This document shows, piece by piece, positions 54,200 to 64,000 of a DNA stretch of 64,000 nucleotides (position 1 is the stretch's first letter; each line of letters opens with the position of its first letter). The stretch covers positions 16,630-80,629 of the forward strand of contig DASRSV010000022.1 of NCBI GenBank assembly GCA_035656255.1. Reading direction: 5' to 3'. The position numbers and the translations under genes are program-made. Source of the DNA: Thermoplasmata archaeon. Its GTDB lineage: Archaea > Thermoplasmatota > Thermoplasmata > Lutacidiplasmatales > UBA184. The notes beneath the pieces were generated by a model. It worked only from the letters and a program-made list of their open reading frames with translations, searched no databases and had not been told where the DNA came from.

Positions 54200-55795
54200 T
54201 CACCCCTCCGAGGCGGGCGGGGTCGCCTTCGCGGGCCCGGCGGTGGGGTCGGGTAACCCCTCGCTCGCGAGCGTTCGCTCGAGCTCCCGGAACGCCCGGG
54301 CTCGGGCGGGTCGGTACTGGGTGAGGCGCCCGCGGCGCGCGGCTTCGAGATGCTCGCGCGCGGCGGAGAAGTTGCGGAGCTTGTAGTGAAGGCGAGCGAG
54401 CGCGAAGTGGCTGTCGGCGACCTCGGGCGGGACCCCGGCGCGCTCGGCGCGGTCGAGGGCTTCGCGGTAGGCGGCCTCGGCCTCCTCCCACTCCCCGCGA
54501 CGCTCGGCGATCAGTCCACGGTTCCGAGCGACCTGCTGCAGCCCGACGGGGTCGCCGCTCCGCTCGAGGAGACCGCGGGCCTGCTGGTTGTCGCGCTCGG
54601 CCTCTTCGGTCTGACCGACGGCGAGCCGCATCTCCACGCCGGTGAACAGCGTCCACGCGGTCCACCGGCGGTCGTGCGCCCGCTCGGCGTACTGGCGCGC
54701 CCGCTCGAGCTGCTCGAGGCCGGCCTGCGGCCGCGCGTCGCCGAGCATCGCCCCCAGGTTGTGGTAGGCGCGCGCGAGTTCGACCCAGTCGTCGACGGCC
54801 TCGAGGTGCGCGATCGCCCGGCGGTACCACGCGTCCGCCTCGGTCGCCATCTCGGGGCCGAGGGACGCGAACGCGTTCCCGATGTCCGTGCAGAGGCGGC
54901 CGAGGACGCGCTCGTCCGGCGAATCGCGGAGGAGGTCGAGCGCCGCGAGCCCTTCCTCGAGGGCCTCGCGGTATTCGCCCCGCTCGAAGTGGATCCGGCC
55001 CAGGACCCGGTGCGCCCCCGCGGCTCCGGCGAGGTCCCCCGCCCCGAGGAAGAGGGCGCGCGCCTCCTCGACGAATCGTCGGGCGGCGTCGACCGAGAGC
55101 CGCTCGCGGGCGATCTCCCCGCGGGCCAGGAGGAAGCGGGCGCGCCGGACGGCGTCGCTCGCCTCGACGCGCTCGAGCCCCTCCGCGAAGAGGCTGTCCG
55201 CCCGCTCGTCATCCCCCGTGTCGAAGTAGAGGTCGCCGAGCTCCTGGAGGAGGTCCGTGTACTCGTTCGCGTGGTCGCCCGGCAAGCTCGCGAGGTCGAT
55301 GCGGATCCGCTCGAGGTGGTTGGCGAGGAGCTCGGGGTTCCGGTCGTGCCGGGCGAGCTCAGCGCCGCGGCGATTGAACTCGTACGACTTCTCGGGGAAC
55401 TTTCCGAGGAAGTAGTGCCGGCCGAGCTCGGCGATCACTTCGGGGGAGGGGTCCGGGTCGGTCGCCTCCATCGCTTCCGCCACCTTCCGATGCAGGACGC
55501 GGAGGCGGCTCGCGGTGAGGGACTGGTAGATGCGGACGCGTTCCTCCTCATTGGCGAAGGCGAACCGGTCGCCGCCGAGACGCTCCCGAAGGAACCGACG
55601 GTGGACGAGCTGCTCGAGCCGCTCGACGACCCGCTCCTCGTCGATGCCGGTCGCCCGGGTCAGGAGCCCGAAATCGAACTCCCGGCCGATGGCACTGGCG
55701 TACGCCAAGATCCGCTCCTCCTCGGGTGAGACGTCGTGGGGGCGGTGGGCCGCGGCGGTCGACCCCTCCGGGGGCTCCGCCGCCACCGTCCCCAT
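54200..55795 (-). CDS. wHTH + TPR protein, ATPase-less paralog of the neighbour
   Basis: YASAIGREFDF...LHRKVAEAME aligns with the neighbour's YASVLGKEFHF...LHLRAARALE. No Walker motifs. Confidence 0.82.
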   Translation of the reverse strand: MGTVAAEPPEGSTAAAHRPHDVSPEEERILAYASAIGREFDFGLLTRATGIDEERVVERLEQLVHRRFLRERLGGDRFAFANEEERVRIYQSLTASRLRVLHRKVAEAMEATDPDPSPEVIAELGRHYFLGKFPEKSYEFNRRGAELARHDRNPELLANHLERIRIDLASLPGDHANEYTDLLQELGDLYFDTGDDERADSLFAEGLERVEASDAVRRARFLLARGEIARERLSVDAARRFVEEARALFLGAGDLAGAAGAHRVLGRIHFERGEYREALEEGLAALDLLRDSPDERVLGRLCTDIGNAFASLGPEMATEADAWYRRAIAHLEAVDDWVELARAYHNLGAMLGDARPQAGLEQLERARQYAERAHDRRWTAWTLFTGVEMRLAVGQTEEAERDNQQARGLLERSGDPVGLQQVARNRGLIAERRGEWEEAEAAYREALDRAERAGVPPEVADSHFALARLHYKLRNFSAAREHLEAARRGRLTQYRPARARAFRELERTLASEGLPDPTAGPAKATPPASEG

Positions 55796-55879
55796 CCTCC
55801 CTTACGAAGGGCGACCCTCGCCGTTTAAACTCGCGTCTTCGGCGAATCGTTAAGTGCGCCGACCGAAGGAAACCGTGGG

Positions 55880-56140
55880 ATGGCCGAGACCGAAACGACG
55901 ACGGCGGAGCGTCCCGCCCCGCCCCGGCCCCGCTGGTCCCTTGTCCGGCGCGTGGAGTTCTTCGGCTTCGCCGCTCTCGCCCTGCTCGGCCTGGTGTTCT
56001 ACCTCTGGTGGGGGTTCAGCTTCGGCGTCTGGATCGACAACGGGGTCTACGCGGTCGTCTCGGTACTGGTCCTGTTCGGACTCGCGGGGATGTGGCTCGT
56101 GATGCCGAACGCGCCGGTTCCCGCGCCGGACCACTCGTAG
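55880..56140 (+). CDS. Small 2-TM membrane protein
   Basis: Two hydrophobic helices, DNGVY motif. Confidence 0.65.
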   Translation: MAETETTTAERPAPPRPRWSLVRRVEFFGFAALALLGLVFYLWWGFSFGVWIDNGVYAVVSVLVLFGLAGMWLVMPNAPVPAPDHS

Positions 56141-56150
56141 CGGCCCGGTT

Positions 56151-57578
56151 TCAGATCGGCCGACCCGCGACCGCCCAGCCGACGTTCTCCGTCGTCCCAC
56201 AGGCGAGGCAGGGGCCGGGTTTCGGGAGCTCGAGGGGAAGGGGGTCCTCGGGAGTCCCGAGCAGCGCGCCGTCGTAGGTCGCTTCCACCTGGTGCCCGCA
56301 CTCCGTCGCGCCGCACCATCCAAACACCGCGAGAAGGTCGAGCCCCTTGAGGTCGGAGAGCTGGGAGACGAGCCGGAACGCCTGGCGGAACGCCACCTCG
56401 GCCCGGGCGCGAAGCTCGGCGTCGACGGACTCGAGGGCGGTCCGGACCCCCGCGACCAGGCTCTCCTTCTCGAGGGTCGACTTGCGACCGAGACGGTCGA
56501 CGGCGGTAGCGGAACCCTCCGCCGCCTCCCGGCGGCCGATCTCGAGCCTCAGGGGGACCCCCGCCGTCTCCCAGTGGTAGTACTTCGCGCCGGGACGATC
56601 GGGGTCGGCGTCGACGTGCACGCGGAGTCCGCCTTTGCGGAGCGTCTCCGCGACGCTCCGCGCGTGGGACTCCGGGTCCGGGGTCGCGCCCGCCGCGGGG
56701 ATGGGGACGATCACCACGACGAACGGAGCGACCGCCGGAGGGAACACGACGCCCTTGTCGTCGCCGTGCGCCAAGGCGACCGCGCCGATCAACCGCTCGG
56801 AGAGACCGAACGTCGTCTGGTGGACGAAGCGGGTCGTGCCGTCGGGCGCCTCGTACGAGATGCCGTACGGCCTCGAGAAGTTCTCGCGGTAATGGTGGAC
56901 GCTCCCGAGCTGCAAGGTCCGTCCTTCCCCGATGGGGATGTCGAAGGCCACGGTGTAGAACGCCCCGGGGAACTTGTCCCACTCCGGCCGCCGCAGCGCG
57001 ACGTACGGCAGGCCGAGCGACCGCGCCATCTCACGGAAGGCGGCCAGGTTCGAGCGGACGCGCGCGGTCGCCGTCGCCTCGTCGACCTGGCAGGTGTGCT
57101 CTTCGAAGAAGTGGATCTCGCGGACCCGGACGAACGGCCGGGTGGTCTTCGTCTCGTACCGGAACGTGTTGACGATCTGGTAGACGTTCAGCGGTAGGTC
57201 GCGGTGCGACCGGATCCAGAGCGCGAAGACCGGGTACATCGCGGTCTCGCTCGTCGGGCGGAGGACGAGGTTGACGTCGAGCGGGCTCTCCCCCCCGCGG
57301 GTCACCCAGTAGACTTGAGCGTCGAACCCCTTGATGTGCTCCCGTTCCTTCTGGAACTCCGTTTCCGGGATCAAGGTGGGGAACTCGACGGGCTTCGAGC
57401 CGGTCGCCTCGATCTCCCGGACCATGATGGCGTCCAGGAGCCGGCGCACCTGGAAGCCGTAGGGCGTCCAGACGTTCATCCCCTTCACGGGGTACCGCTT
57501 GTCGGTGAGGTTCGCCGCCTCGACGGCGGCCAGGTACCAATCGATCAGATTGGCCGCCTTCTTCGGTAGGTCCGCCAT
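56151..57578 (-). CDS. proS: Proline--tRNA ligase (archaeal type)
   Basis: YPVKG, LRPTSETAMY, FRYETKTTRPFVRVREI.FFE, HQTTFGLSER. Confidence 0.95.
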   Translation of the reverse strand: MADLPKKAANLIDWYLAAVEAANLTDKRYPVKGMNVWTPYGFQVRRLLDAIMVREIEATGSKPVEFPTLIPETEFQKEREHIKGFDAQVYWVTRGGESPLDVNLVLRPTSETAMYPVFALWIRSHRDLPLNVYQIVNTFRYETKTTRPFVRVREIHFFEEHTCQVDEATATARVRSNLAAFREMARSLGLPYVALRRPEWDKFPGAFYTVAFDIPIGEGRTLQLGSVHHYRENFSRPYGISYEAPDGTTRFVHQTTFGLSERLIGAVALAHGDDKGVVFPPAVAPFVVVIVPIPAAGATPDPESHARSVAETLRKGGLRVHVDADPDRPGAKYYHWETAGVPLRLEIGRREAAEGSATAVDRLGRKSTLEKESLVAGVRTALESVDAELRARAEVAFRQAFRLVSQLSDLKGLDLLAVFGWCGATECGHQVEATYDGALLGTPEDPLPLELPKPGPCLACGTTENVGWAVAGRPI

Positions 57579-57709
57579 CGCTCGCCGCCGTCGGCCCCTT
57601 CCCCCCTTAACGGTGGCGTTACGCTGGATTCCCGGCGTGCACGGGCCTGCCCGGTCGCCGCGCCACTGACAAAAGTGCTATCCCGCCCCGCCGCCTATGT
57701 TTCGCTCCC

Positions 57710-58804
57710 ATGCGCCTAGTCGTCTGCGTCGACCGTGACGACGACCTCGGCCGGAAGGCCGGCGTCGTCGGTCCCGTGATTGGTCGCGACGCCGTCCTCG
57801 CCGCGGCCATGAAGCTCGGCATCGCGGACCCCGAGGATTCCGACACGAACGCGATGCTCGCGGGGGTCCGCCTCTATGACGAGCTCAGGAAGGTCGGGGA
57901 CGACTGCGAGGTCGTCGTGCTCACCGGCTCGCCGAAGGTCGGCGTGCTCTCCGACCGCCGGGTCGGCGAGCAGTTCGACAAGGTGCTTCAGGAGATCCCC
58001 GCGCGCTCCGCCCACCTCATGAGCGACGGTGCGGAGGACGAGTTCCTCTTCCCGATCCTCGCCTCCCGGGTCAAGATCGACGGCGTCCACCGCGTCTACG
58101 TCCGGCAGGCGGCGAACCTCGAGTCGACGTACTATACCCTCGTCCGCGCGCTCAAGGACCCCAAGCTGCGCGCGAAGACGGTCCTCCCGTTCGCTCTCGT
58201 GATGCTCACGCTCGGGCTCGCCGCCGCGGCCGGGTTGATCTGGTGGGGGGTGATCGGCCTCGCGATCCTCCTCGGCGTCTACCTCATCTTTTGGACGTTC
58301 GACATCGACGAGGCGCTCATCGACTCGCTCCGCAGCGCGTCGACCGATATCCGCCAGGGGTCGGCCGCGTTCGGCTTCGGCCTCTTCGCGATCGCGCTCG
58401 TCGGCCTCGGGTTCCTCACCGGCTACAACCAGTTCGTCGGAGCGCCGAACTCCGAGCCGATCGTCCGCGTCCTCCTCTTCCTCAAGTCGGGGCTCCTCTG
58501 GTGGGGGTTCGGCGCGGGCGTCTGGGAGACCGGCCGGGCGATCCGTGCGTACCTGGTTCGGGGGCGTTTCCCGCAATCGTACCCTATCGCCACCACCTCG
58601 ATCGTCGGGATCGGGATCCTGAGCTACGGGCTGGTCTTCCTGGTGGAGTACCTCGAAGGGGTCGGGGCGGCCCCGCCGCTCTTGCTGATCGTGTCGGCGA
58701 TCATCCTCGGGCTCGCCATCGTCATCGGGGCGAACGTCCTGTTCACGTTCGTCCGGGGCCGCCGGACGTCGGGTGACGTCGGCAGCGGCGCCCCGACGAG
58801 CTGA
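57710..58804 (+). CDS. DUF373-family membrane protein
   Basis: LVVCVDRDDDLGRKAG, DPEDSDTN, SDGAEDE, VRQ..NLESTYY. Confidence 0.88.
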   Translation: MRLVVCVDRDDDLGRKAGVVGPVIGRDAVLAAAMKLGIADPEDSDTNAMLAGVRLYDELRKVGDDCEVVVLTGSPKVGVLSDRRVGEQFDKVLQEIPARSAHLMSDGAEDEFLFPILASRVKIDGVHRVYVRQAANLESTYYTLVRALKDPKLRAKTVLPFALVMLTLGLAAAAGLIWWGVIGLAILLGVYLIFWTFDIDEALIDSLRSASTDIRQGSAAFGFGLFAIALVGLGFLTGYNQFVGAPNSEPIVRVLLFLKSGLLWWGFGAGVWETGRAIRAYLVRGRFPQSYPIATTSIVGIGILSYGLVFLVEYLEGVGAAPPLLLIVSAIILGLAIVIGANVLFTFVRGRRTSGDVGSGAPTS

Positions 58805-58862
58805 GCTGTCCGATCCCGTCCCCCAGGTTGGGCGGCGACCCGCCGCCCGGTCGAATCCGGGA

Positions 58863-59312
58863 TCACCAGTCGAACGGAGACCGAAGGTCCGTCCCGTGGT
58901 CGAGGACGGACTTCAGGTTCGTGAGGAAGTACGCCCACCGCGCCGAGCATTCGGCGAAGTGCCGGGGGTCGCGGAACCCCGAGTGCCGGAGGCGCAGCAG
59001 GGTCCCGTTCCCCCTTTTCCCGACCTGGAATCGCGCGCGCGTCACGGCGGTACCGCTCTGGGGAAGGGAGTCCACCCACCGGAACGTGACGCTTCGGTCC
59101 TTCCGCAGCTCGAGGAGCCGACCCTCCATGCGATAGCCATCGAGCCAGGTGAATGCGAACGATCCACCGGACCTCGGCTCGAACTTCGCCTCCGAGAGGA
59201 ACCATCGGACGAGCTCCTTCGGGTCGGAGAGGGCGGCGAACACGCGACGGGGCGAGCTCTCGAAGAAGTACGACTGCGCTGCGACGTAGCTCTTCGGCAC
59301 GCGGGGCCCCAT
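58863..59312 (-). CDS. SRPBCC/AHSA1-domain protein
   Basis: RVFAALSDP..L.RWF, TLLRLRHSG, W..FL..LK..L. Confidence 0.85.
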   Translation of the reverse strand: MGPRVPKSYVAAQSYFFESSPRRVFAALSDPKELVRWFLSEAKFEPRSGGSFAFTWLDGYRMEGRLLELRKDRSVTFRWVDSLPQSGTAVTRARFQVGKRGNGTLLRLRHSGFRDPRHFAECSARWAYFLTNLKSVLDHGTDLRSPFDW

Positions 59313-59387
59313 CTCGACGTTCGGAGAGAGAGTGCTCCGTCGTTCCCGGGGCGGCCGGGGAGCCGACCACCGGCCGAAGGATGGACT

Positions 59388-59999
59388 TCAGACCGCCGAA
59401 CTCGGCCGAACCGCTTCGATGTCCTGTAGCGGGACCTCGAACCCCGACCGGGTTCGGAGGAGCTCCCGGGCCCCCGCGGCGCTCCCGGCCTCGGCCCAAG
59501 CGCGGCCGCCGAGGGTCGCGAGATCCTCCCAGTACGTCCAAGGGAACACGACCCACGCCCACCGGTCGCCGGGGATCTCTTCGGCACGGTACGTCGGGAC
59601 GTACTTCGAATGGCTGATGTGGAGGTAGGCGGCGCTTTCGACCCTCGCGGGACCTCGCTGCCTCACGTGGGCGACCGCGAGCTCCAGGCTCTCACCGGTG
59701 TCGGTGATGTCGTCGACGACGAGGACGTTCGAGCCCGCGACGGGGGCGCTCAGTCCCTCGGTAATCTCGGCCTTGCCGGTGGGCGTGGCGGTGACCCCCC
59801 AGTGCTGGGCGCGGAGGGCACCCATCCGTTTCACGAGCAACCGGTCGGCGAGGAGCCGCGCCGGAACCCAGCCGCCGCGGGTGAGTCCGACGATGACCTC
59901 CGGCACGCGTCCGGCCGCTCGGACCTTCGCTGCGAGGGCGTCGGCCCAGCGATCGATCTCCGCCCAGGTCGCGAGCCGACACGGGGGGAAGTCGGCCAT
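59388..59999 (-). CDS. Type I phosphoribosyltransferase (purine PRT-like)
   Basis: LTRGGWVPAR, VLVVDDITDTGES, WVVFPW. Confidence 0.9.
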   Translation of the reverse strand: MADFPPCRLATWAEIDRWADALAAKVRAAGRVPEVIVGLTRGGWVPARLLADRLLVKRMGALRAQHWGVTATPTGKAEITEGLSAPVAGSNVLVVDDITDTGESLELAVAHVRQRGPARVESAAYLHISHSKYVPTYRAEEIPGDRWAWVVFPWTYWEDLATLGGRAWAEAGSAAGARELLRTRSGFEVPLQDIEAVRPSSAV

Positions 60000-60026
60000 C
60001 GCGAGGAGAGGGGGGGGCGGGCCGTC

Positions 60027-61289
60027 CTACGGGTAGATCCCGCGGATCTTGATCGCGTCGACGACCCGCTGGATGGCGACCACGTAGGCCGCGGTCCGGT
60101 TGTGGATCTTCCGCGCCTCGGCGACCTTGTGCACCTCGGCGTACGATTGTACCATGACGCGTTCGAGGCGCTGGTTGACCTCCTCGAGGGACCAGAAGAA
60201 CCCCTGGATGTCCTGGGCCCACTCGAAGTAGCTCACCGTGACGCCGCCCGCGTTCGCGAGGATGTCCGGCAGCACGGTGATCTTCCGCTCGTAGAGGATC
60301 GTGTCCGCTTCGGGGGTGGTCGGGCCGTTCGCGGCCTCAGCGACGAGCTTCGCCTGGATCTTATCCGCGTTCTTCTGGGTGATCTGGTTCTCGAGCGCCG
60401 CCGGGATGAGCACATCGCACGGGAGTTCCAGGATCTCGGTGTTCGACACCGGCTTCGAGCCGGGGAATCCGATGACCGATCCGGTCTTCTTCTTGTGCGC
60501 CTCGACCTCGGTCGGATTGAGCCCGTTCGGGTTCGTGATACCGCCCTTCGAGTCGGAGAGCGCGATGATCTTCGCGCCGTGGTCGTGGTACAGGAGTTGC
60601 GCGGCGACGCTCCCGGCGTTGCCGAACCCTTGGATCGCGACCGTCGGGCCCTTCATGTGGATGCCCGCGTGCCCCGCCGCCTCGCGGATCACGTAGACGC
60701 AGCCGCGGCCCGTCGCCTCGCCACGGCCCTCGCTCCCGCCGAGGGAGATCGGCTTTCCGGTGACGACGCCCGGGACGCTGAACCCCTTTTGCATCGAGTA
60801 CGTGTCCATGATCCACGCCATCGTCTGGCTGTCCGTGTACACGTCCGGCGCCGGGATGTCGACCTCCGGACCGATGAGCGGGGCGATCTCGCTCGCGTAC
60901 CGCCGGGTCAGTCGCTCGAGCTCGCTCTGGCTCATGTGCTTCGGGTCGCAGACGACGCCGCCCTTGCCGCCGCCGTACGGGAGGTTCACGACGGCGCACT
61001 TCCACGTCATCCATGCCGCGAGCGCGCGCACCTCGTCGAGCGTCACCTGCGGATGGTAGCGGATTCCGCCCTTCGTCGGGCCCCGCGCCATGTTGTACTG
61101 GACGCGGTGGCCGGTGAACACTCGGTAGGAGCCGTCGTCCATACGGACCGGGAAGTTCACCGTGAGCTCGCGCTTCGGCGCCTTCAGCATCTCGCGCATG
61201 CCCCCGTTCAGGCCGAGGAGGTCGGCGACGATGTCGATCTGTTTCTTCGCGGTCTCGAACGGATTGATGACGGCAGCGTCGTTGCCCAT
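60027..61289 (-). CDS. gdhA: Glu/Leu/Phe/Val dehydrogenase (glutamate dehydrogenase)
   Basis: GPTKGGIRYH, MTWKCA, GGGKGG, PAPDV, QGFGNAG, EAANGP, NAGGVTVSYFEW. Confidence 0.93.
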   Translation of the reverse strand: MGNDAAVINPFETAKKQIDIVADLLGLNGGMREMLKAPKRELTVNFPVRMDDGSYRVFTGHRVQYNMARGPTKGGIRYHPQVTLDEVRALAAWMTWKCAVVNLPYGGGKGGVVCDPKHMSQSELERLTRRYASEIAPLIGPEVDIPAPDVYTDSQTMAWIMDTYSMQKGFSVPGVVTGKPISLGGSEGRGEATGRGCVYVIREAAGHAGIHMKGPTVAIQGFGNAGSVAAQLLYHDHGAKIIALSDSKGGITNPNGLNPTEVEAHKKKTGSVIGFPGSKPVSNTEILELPCDVLIPAALENQITQKNADKIQAKLVAEAANGPTTPEADTILYERKITVLPDILANAGGVTVSYFEWAQDIQGFFWSLEEVNQRLERVMVQSYAEVHKVAEARKIHNRTAAYVVAIQRVVDAIKIRGIYP

Positions 61290-61388
61290 CTGCTGACTCC
61301 GAGCGGGGCGGCGACCGGGCTGGCCTACTTGAATCTACCCCGCGAATTTGCCCCCTGCCGTGCGCCACCGAGGCGCGGGCGCACGTCC

Positions 61389-62153
61389 CTACGGTTCGCG
61401 CCACCGCGCGAGGGAGACGGCGCCGAGCGCAAACGCGCCGGCGCTGAGCAGGAGGACCGCGACCTCGACGAGCGGCGAGCCGAGCCACGACGGGCTCACC
61501 GTGATCCCGGACCCGATCCCGACGACCTGGTCGGAGAGGACCGCGCCCCACGTGGACGGGGCAATGAAGGCCACCCATCGATAGTCCGCATCGATCGTGG
61601 TGATCGGGTAGAACACCGGCGGGAGGACGGAGAGGGTCGAGAACGTCAGCGTCCCGATCGGCCAGATCTCGCGCAGCTGGCGGAAGAACGTGGAGATGAG
61701 GAACCCCAGGCTCGTCGCCATGAGCCAGGTGACCAGCACGACCCCGACGAGGGTGAAGAAGACGGCGACCGAGAACGGGTGGACGAGGAAGAGGATCGCG
61801 AAGAACAGCGTGAGGGCGGGGATCGTGAAGGCAAGCTCGCTCAGCGCCATCCCGAGGACATAGGAGATCGGCCGCACCGGGCTCGCGACGAACACCTGCT
61901 GGAGCTGTCGTTCGAGACGGAGGTACGCACAGTCGTTGAGCATCCCGTTGCCGGTGAACAGGGCGGTGAACATCACCCCGCCCACCACCCCGAATGCGAA
62001 GTACTGGTGCGGGGCGATGACGAAGAGGAAGAACAGGAAGCTGAACGGTGTGAGGAACACCGCCGCCGTCAGGAGCGGCTGGCGGCCGAGCGGGAGCACC
62101 CCGTTGAAGTAACAGAGACGGACGATCGCATTGAGCTGGGTGCGGAGCGTCAC
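61389..62153 (-). CDS. ABC-2 type transporter permease
   Basis: About six TM helices, SVLPPVFYP, coupled to the ATP-binding gene. Confidence 0.85.
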   Translation of the reverse strand: MTLRTQLNAIVRLCYFNGVLPLGRQPLLTAAVFLTPFSFLFFLFVIAPHQYFAFGVVGGVMFTALFTGNGMLNDCAYLRLERQLQQVFVASPVRPISYVLGMALSELAFTIPALTLFFAILFLVHPFSVAVFFTLVGVVLVTWLMATSLGFLISTFFRQLREIWPIGTLTFSTLSVLPPVFYPITTIDADYRWVAFIAPSTWGAVLSDQVVGIGSGITVSPSWLGSPLVEVAVLLLSAGAFALGAVSLARWREP

Positions 62154-63070
62154 GCCTCCTCCTCCTCGATCCCTCGGCCGACCAGCTCGAGGAACGCCTC
62201 CTCGAGCGTCACGGGCCCGGCGTTCACGGCGACCCCTCTCCGGAGCGCGACATCGGTGAGTTCGGTCGCCTCGCGACGCGTCGTGAGCAGCGTGAACCGG
62301 TCCCGGTCATGGAAGACCTTCCCGTACCGCCCCAGCTCCTCCTCCGAGAAGCCGGAGCTGAACTGGAGCCGCACCTCGCGATGGATCGTCGCCCGCAGCG
62401 CTTCCGCCGACCCACGGTAGAGGAGCCGGCCCCCCTCGATCACCGCGAGGTCCTCGCTGAGCTGCTCCGCCTCGTCCAGGTAGTGCGTCGTGAGCAGCAC
62501 CGTTGAGCCTTCGCGGGTGGCGCGACGGATCACCTCCCAGACCTGCCGGCGGGCGAACGGGTCCATCCCGAGCGTGGGTTCGTCGAGGAAGAGGAACGGC
62601 GCCCGGGTCGCGAGGATCATCGCGACGAGCGTCCGTTGCTGGATGCCGCCCGAAAGACGGAACGACGGCTCCTCGGCGAACGGACGGAGGCCCATCTGCT
62701 CGATGATCTCGGCCGTCCGCGCCCGCGCGCTTTCTCGGGCTGCACCGCGGGTCCGCAGGTACTCCTCGACGTGCTCGCGCGGCGTAAGGTGGAACCACGG
62801 GTGCCCCTCCTGCGGGACGAGCGCGATCTGCTCGCGCACCTTCCGCGGCGAGCGGACGACATCCTCGCCGAAGAGCCGGACCTCGCCCTCCGTCGGAAGG
62901 AGGAGCGTGCTGGCGATCTTGATGAAGGTCGTCTTGCCCGCGCCGTTCCGCCCGAGGAACGCGAGGAGACGGCCTTTCGCGATCTCGATCGAGACGTCCC
63001 GGAGCGCGTCTACGCGGCCGCGACGGCCGAAGTACGTCTTCGAGACGTGCCGCGCCTCGAGGGCCTCCAT
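62150..63070 (-). CDS. ABC transporter ATP-binding protein
   Basis: GRNGAGKTT, LSGG, LFLDEPTLGMD, TTHYLDEAE. Confidence 0.93.
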   Translation of the reverse strand: MEALEARHVSKTYFGRRGRVDALRDVSIEIAKGRLLAFLGRNGAGKTTFIKIASTLLLPTEGEVRLFGEDVVRSPRKVREQIALVPQEGHPWFHLTPREHVEEYLRTRGAARESARARTAEIIEQMGLRPFAEEPSFRLSGGIQQRTLVAMILATRAPFLFLDEPTLGMDPFARRQVWEVIRRATREGSTVLLTTHYLDEAEQLSEDLAVIEGGRLLYRGSAEALRATIHREVRLQFSSGFSEEELGRYGKVFHDRDRFTLLTTRREATELTDVALRRGVAVNAGPVTLEEAFLELVGRGIEEEEA

Positions 63071-63092
63071 CGCGCCCGCCAACGATGGGCGG

Positions 63093-64000
63093 TCAAAGCC
63101 GTGCCGACCGGGGCGAGGGACGCGGGCCGGCGTTCAGCGGTCGTGCCGCGAACGGCTGCCACAACGCTCGGGGGAGCGGTTCCCGCCGACCGCCGCGTTC
63201 CAGCTGCGCGCCGCGACCTCGCTCGATCGAGCCGATCACCGTGAGCGGGCAGCCGAACCGGAGCAGCGCGCGACGGGCCGGATCGAGTCGGCCGGGGGGG
63301 ACGGCGGCCAGGAGTTCGTAATCTCCGCCGAAGAAGGCGACGTCAAGATCCCGCGCCGTTCGGGGTCGACCCAGCCTCGGGGTCACCGGAAGTCGTTCGG
63401 CCGCCACGATGATCCGCACTCCGCTCGCCTCGGCCATGAGGTGGGTCGCATCGGCGACACCGTCCGAGGTGTCCATCATGGCGTCTGCGTACGGCGCGAG
63501 CGCCGGCCCCTCCCGCACCCGGGGGACCACATCGACCAGTCGACGTCGGACCGACCGCGTGGTGCCGCGCTTCGCGAGCTCGCGGTACGCCGCCCCTCCC
63601 CGGCCGACGGTCCCCGTGACCACGAGGAGGTCGCCGGGCCGGGCGCCCGAGCGGCGGACCAGGGCGTCGGTGGGGACCCACCCGAGTGCGGTCGCGGCCA
63701 CCACGGGGACCGGGGCCGGCTTCGTATCGCCGCCGACCACGTGCGCGCCGAACCGCGCGACCGTCGCCTCCGCCCCTCGCGCGACGGCACGCGGCCACCC
63801 CGGGGGTGTCCCGGGCGGTAGCAGGAGGTCGAGGAGAAGCGCGATTGGCCGGCCTCCCTTCGCCGCAATGTCGCTCAGGTTCACGCTCGCGGCGGCCGCC
63901 CCGACCGCCTCGGGCTCGGTTCCGGGGAGGAAGTGCACTCCCTCCACGAGCACGTCGCTCGTCCCGAGGAGGAGCGCGCCGGGGGGGAGCCGGAGCGCCG
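63093..64000 (-). CDS. thiL: Thiamine-monophosphate kinase (5'-truncated by the window edge)
   Basis: SDVLVEGVHF, NLSDIAAKGG, GGDT, MDTSDG, GGDYELL. Confidence 0.92.
   Translation of the reverse strand, partial: ALRLPPGALLLGTSDVLVEGVHFLPGTEPEAVGAAAASVNLSDIAAKGGRPIALLLDLLLPPGTPPGWPRAVARGAEATVARFGAHVVGGDTKPAPVPVVAATALGWVPTDALVRRSGARPGDLLVVTGTVGRGGAAYRELAKRGTTRSVRRRLVDVVPRVREGPALAPYADAMMDTSDGVADATHLMAEASGVRIIVAAERLPVTPRLGRPRTARDLDVAFFGGDYELLAAVPPGRLDPARRALLRFGCPLTVIGSIERGRGAQLERGGRREPLPRALWQPFAARPLNAGPRPSPRSARL

Overview
GC-rich archaeal chromosome segment, most consistent with Thermoplasmata (inferred from RpoL, TFS, Alba, ArcS, Hef, archaeal-type ProRS/AsnRS and Thermoplasmata-style surface repeats). 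The left third (1 to about 20.3 kb) is an integrated accessory element that runs off the left edge. It holds (i) a tightly coupled + strand module resembling an enveloped, non-tailed archaeal virus: a spike-like protein, several small membrane proteins, a basic His-rich protein and a P-loop ATPase; (ii) a visibly less GC-rich cargo block: wHTH, membrane protein, stand-alone TIR, ParB/DGQHR-like protein and a degenerate diadenylate-cyclase-like protein; and (iii) a long convergent - strand run: small ORFs, two tandem DNA methyltransferases, a serine recombinase, an NDP-sugar epimerase, a GT2 glycosyltransferase and a TGT-like base-exchange enzyme fused to an ArcS/DUF5591-like domain. A degenerate copy of a tRNA 3' end at 20304-20330 and an intact tRNA-Val(TAC) at 22538-22610 mark the right boundary. 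From about 22.7 kb on, the window is ordinary housekeeping DNA, including tRNA-Leu(GAG). The best candidate for an undescribed system is the TGT-fusion + GT2 + epimerase + ParB/DGRHR + DAC-like (+TIR) cluster, a possible glycosylated-deazaguanine nucleic-acid modification or conflict system. All family calls come from motif recognition by eye, with no database searches. Several starts were moved from the ORF track using RBS, TATA spacing or stop/start overlaps.
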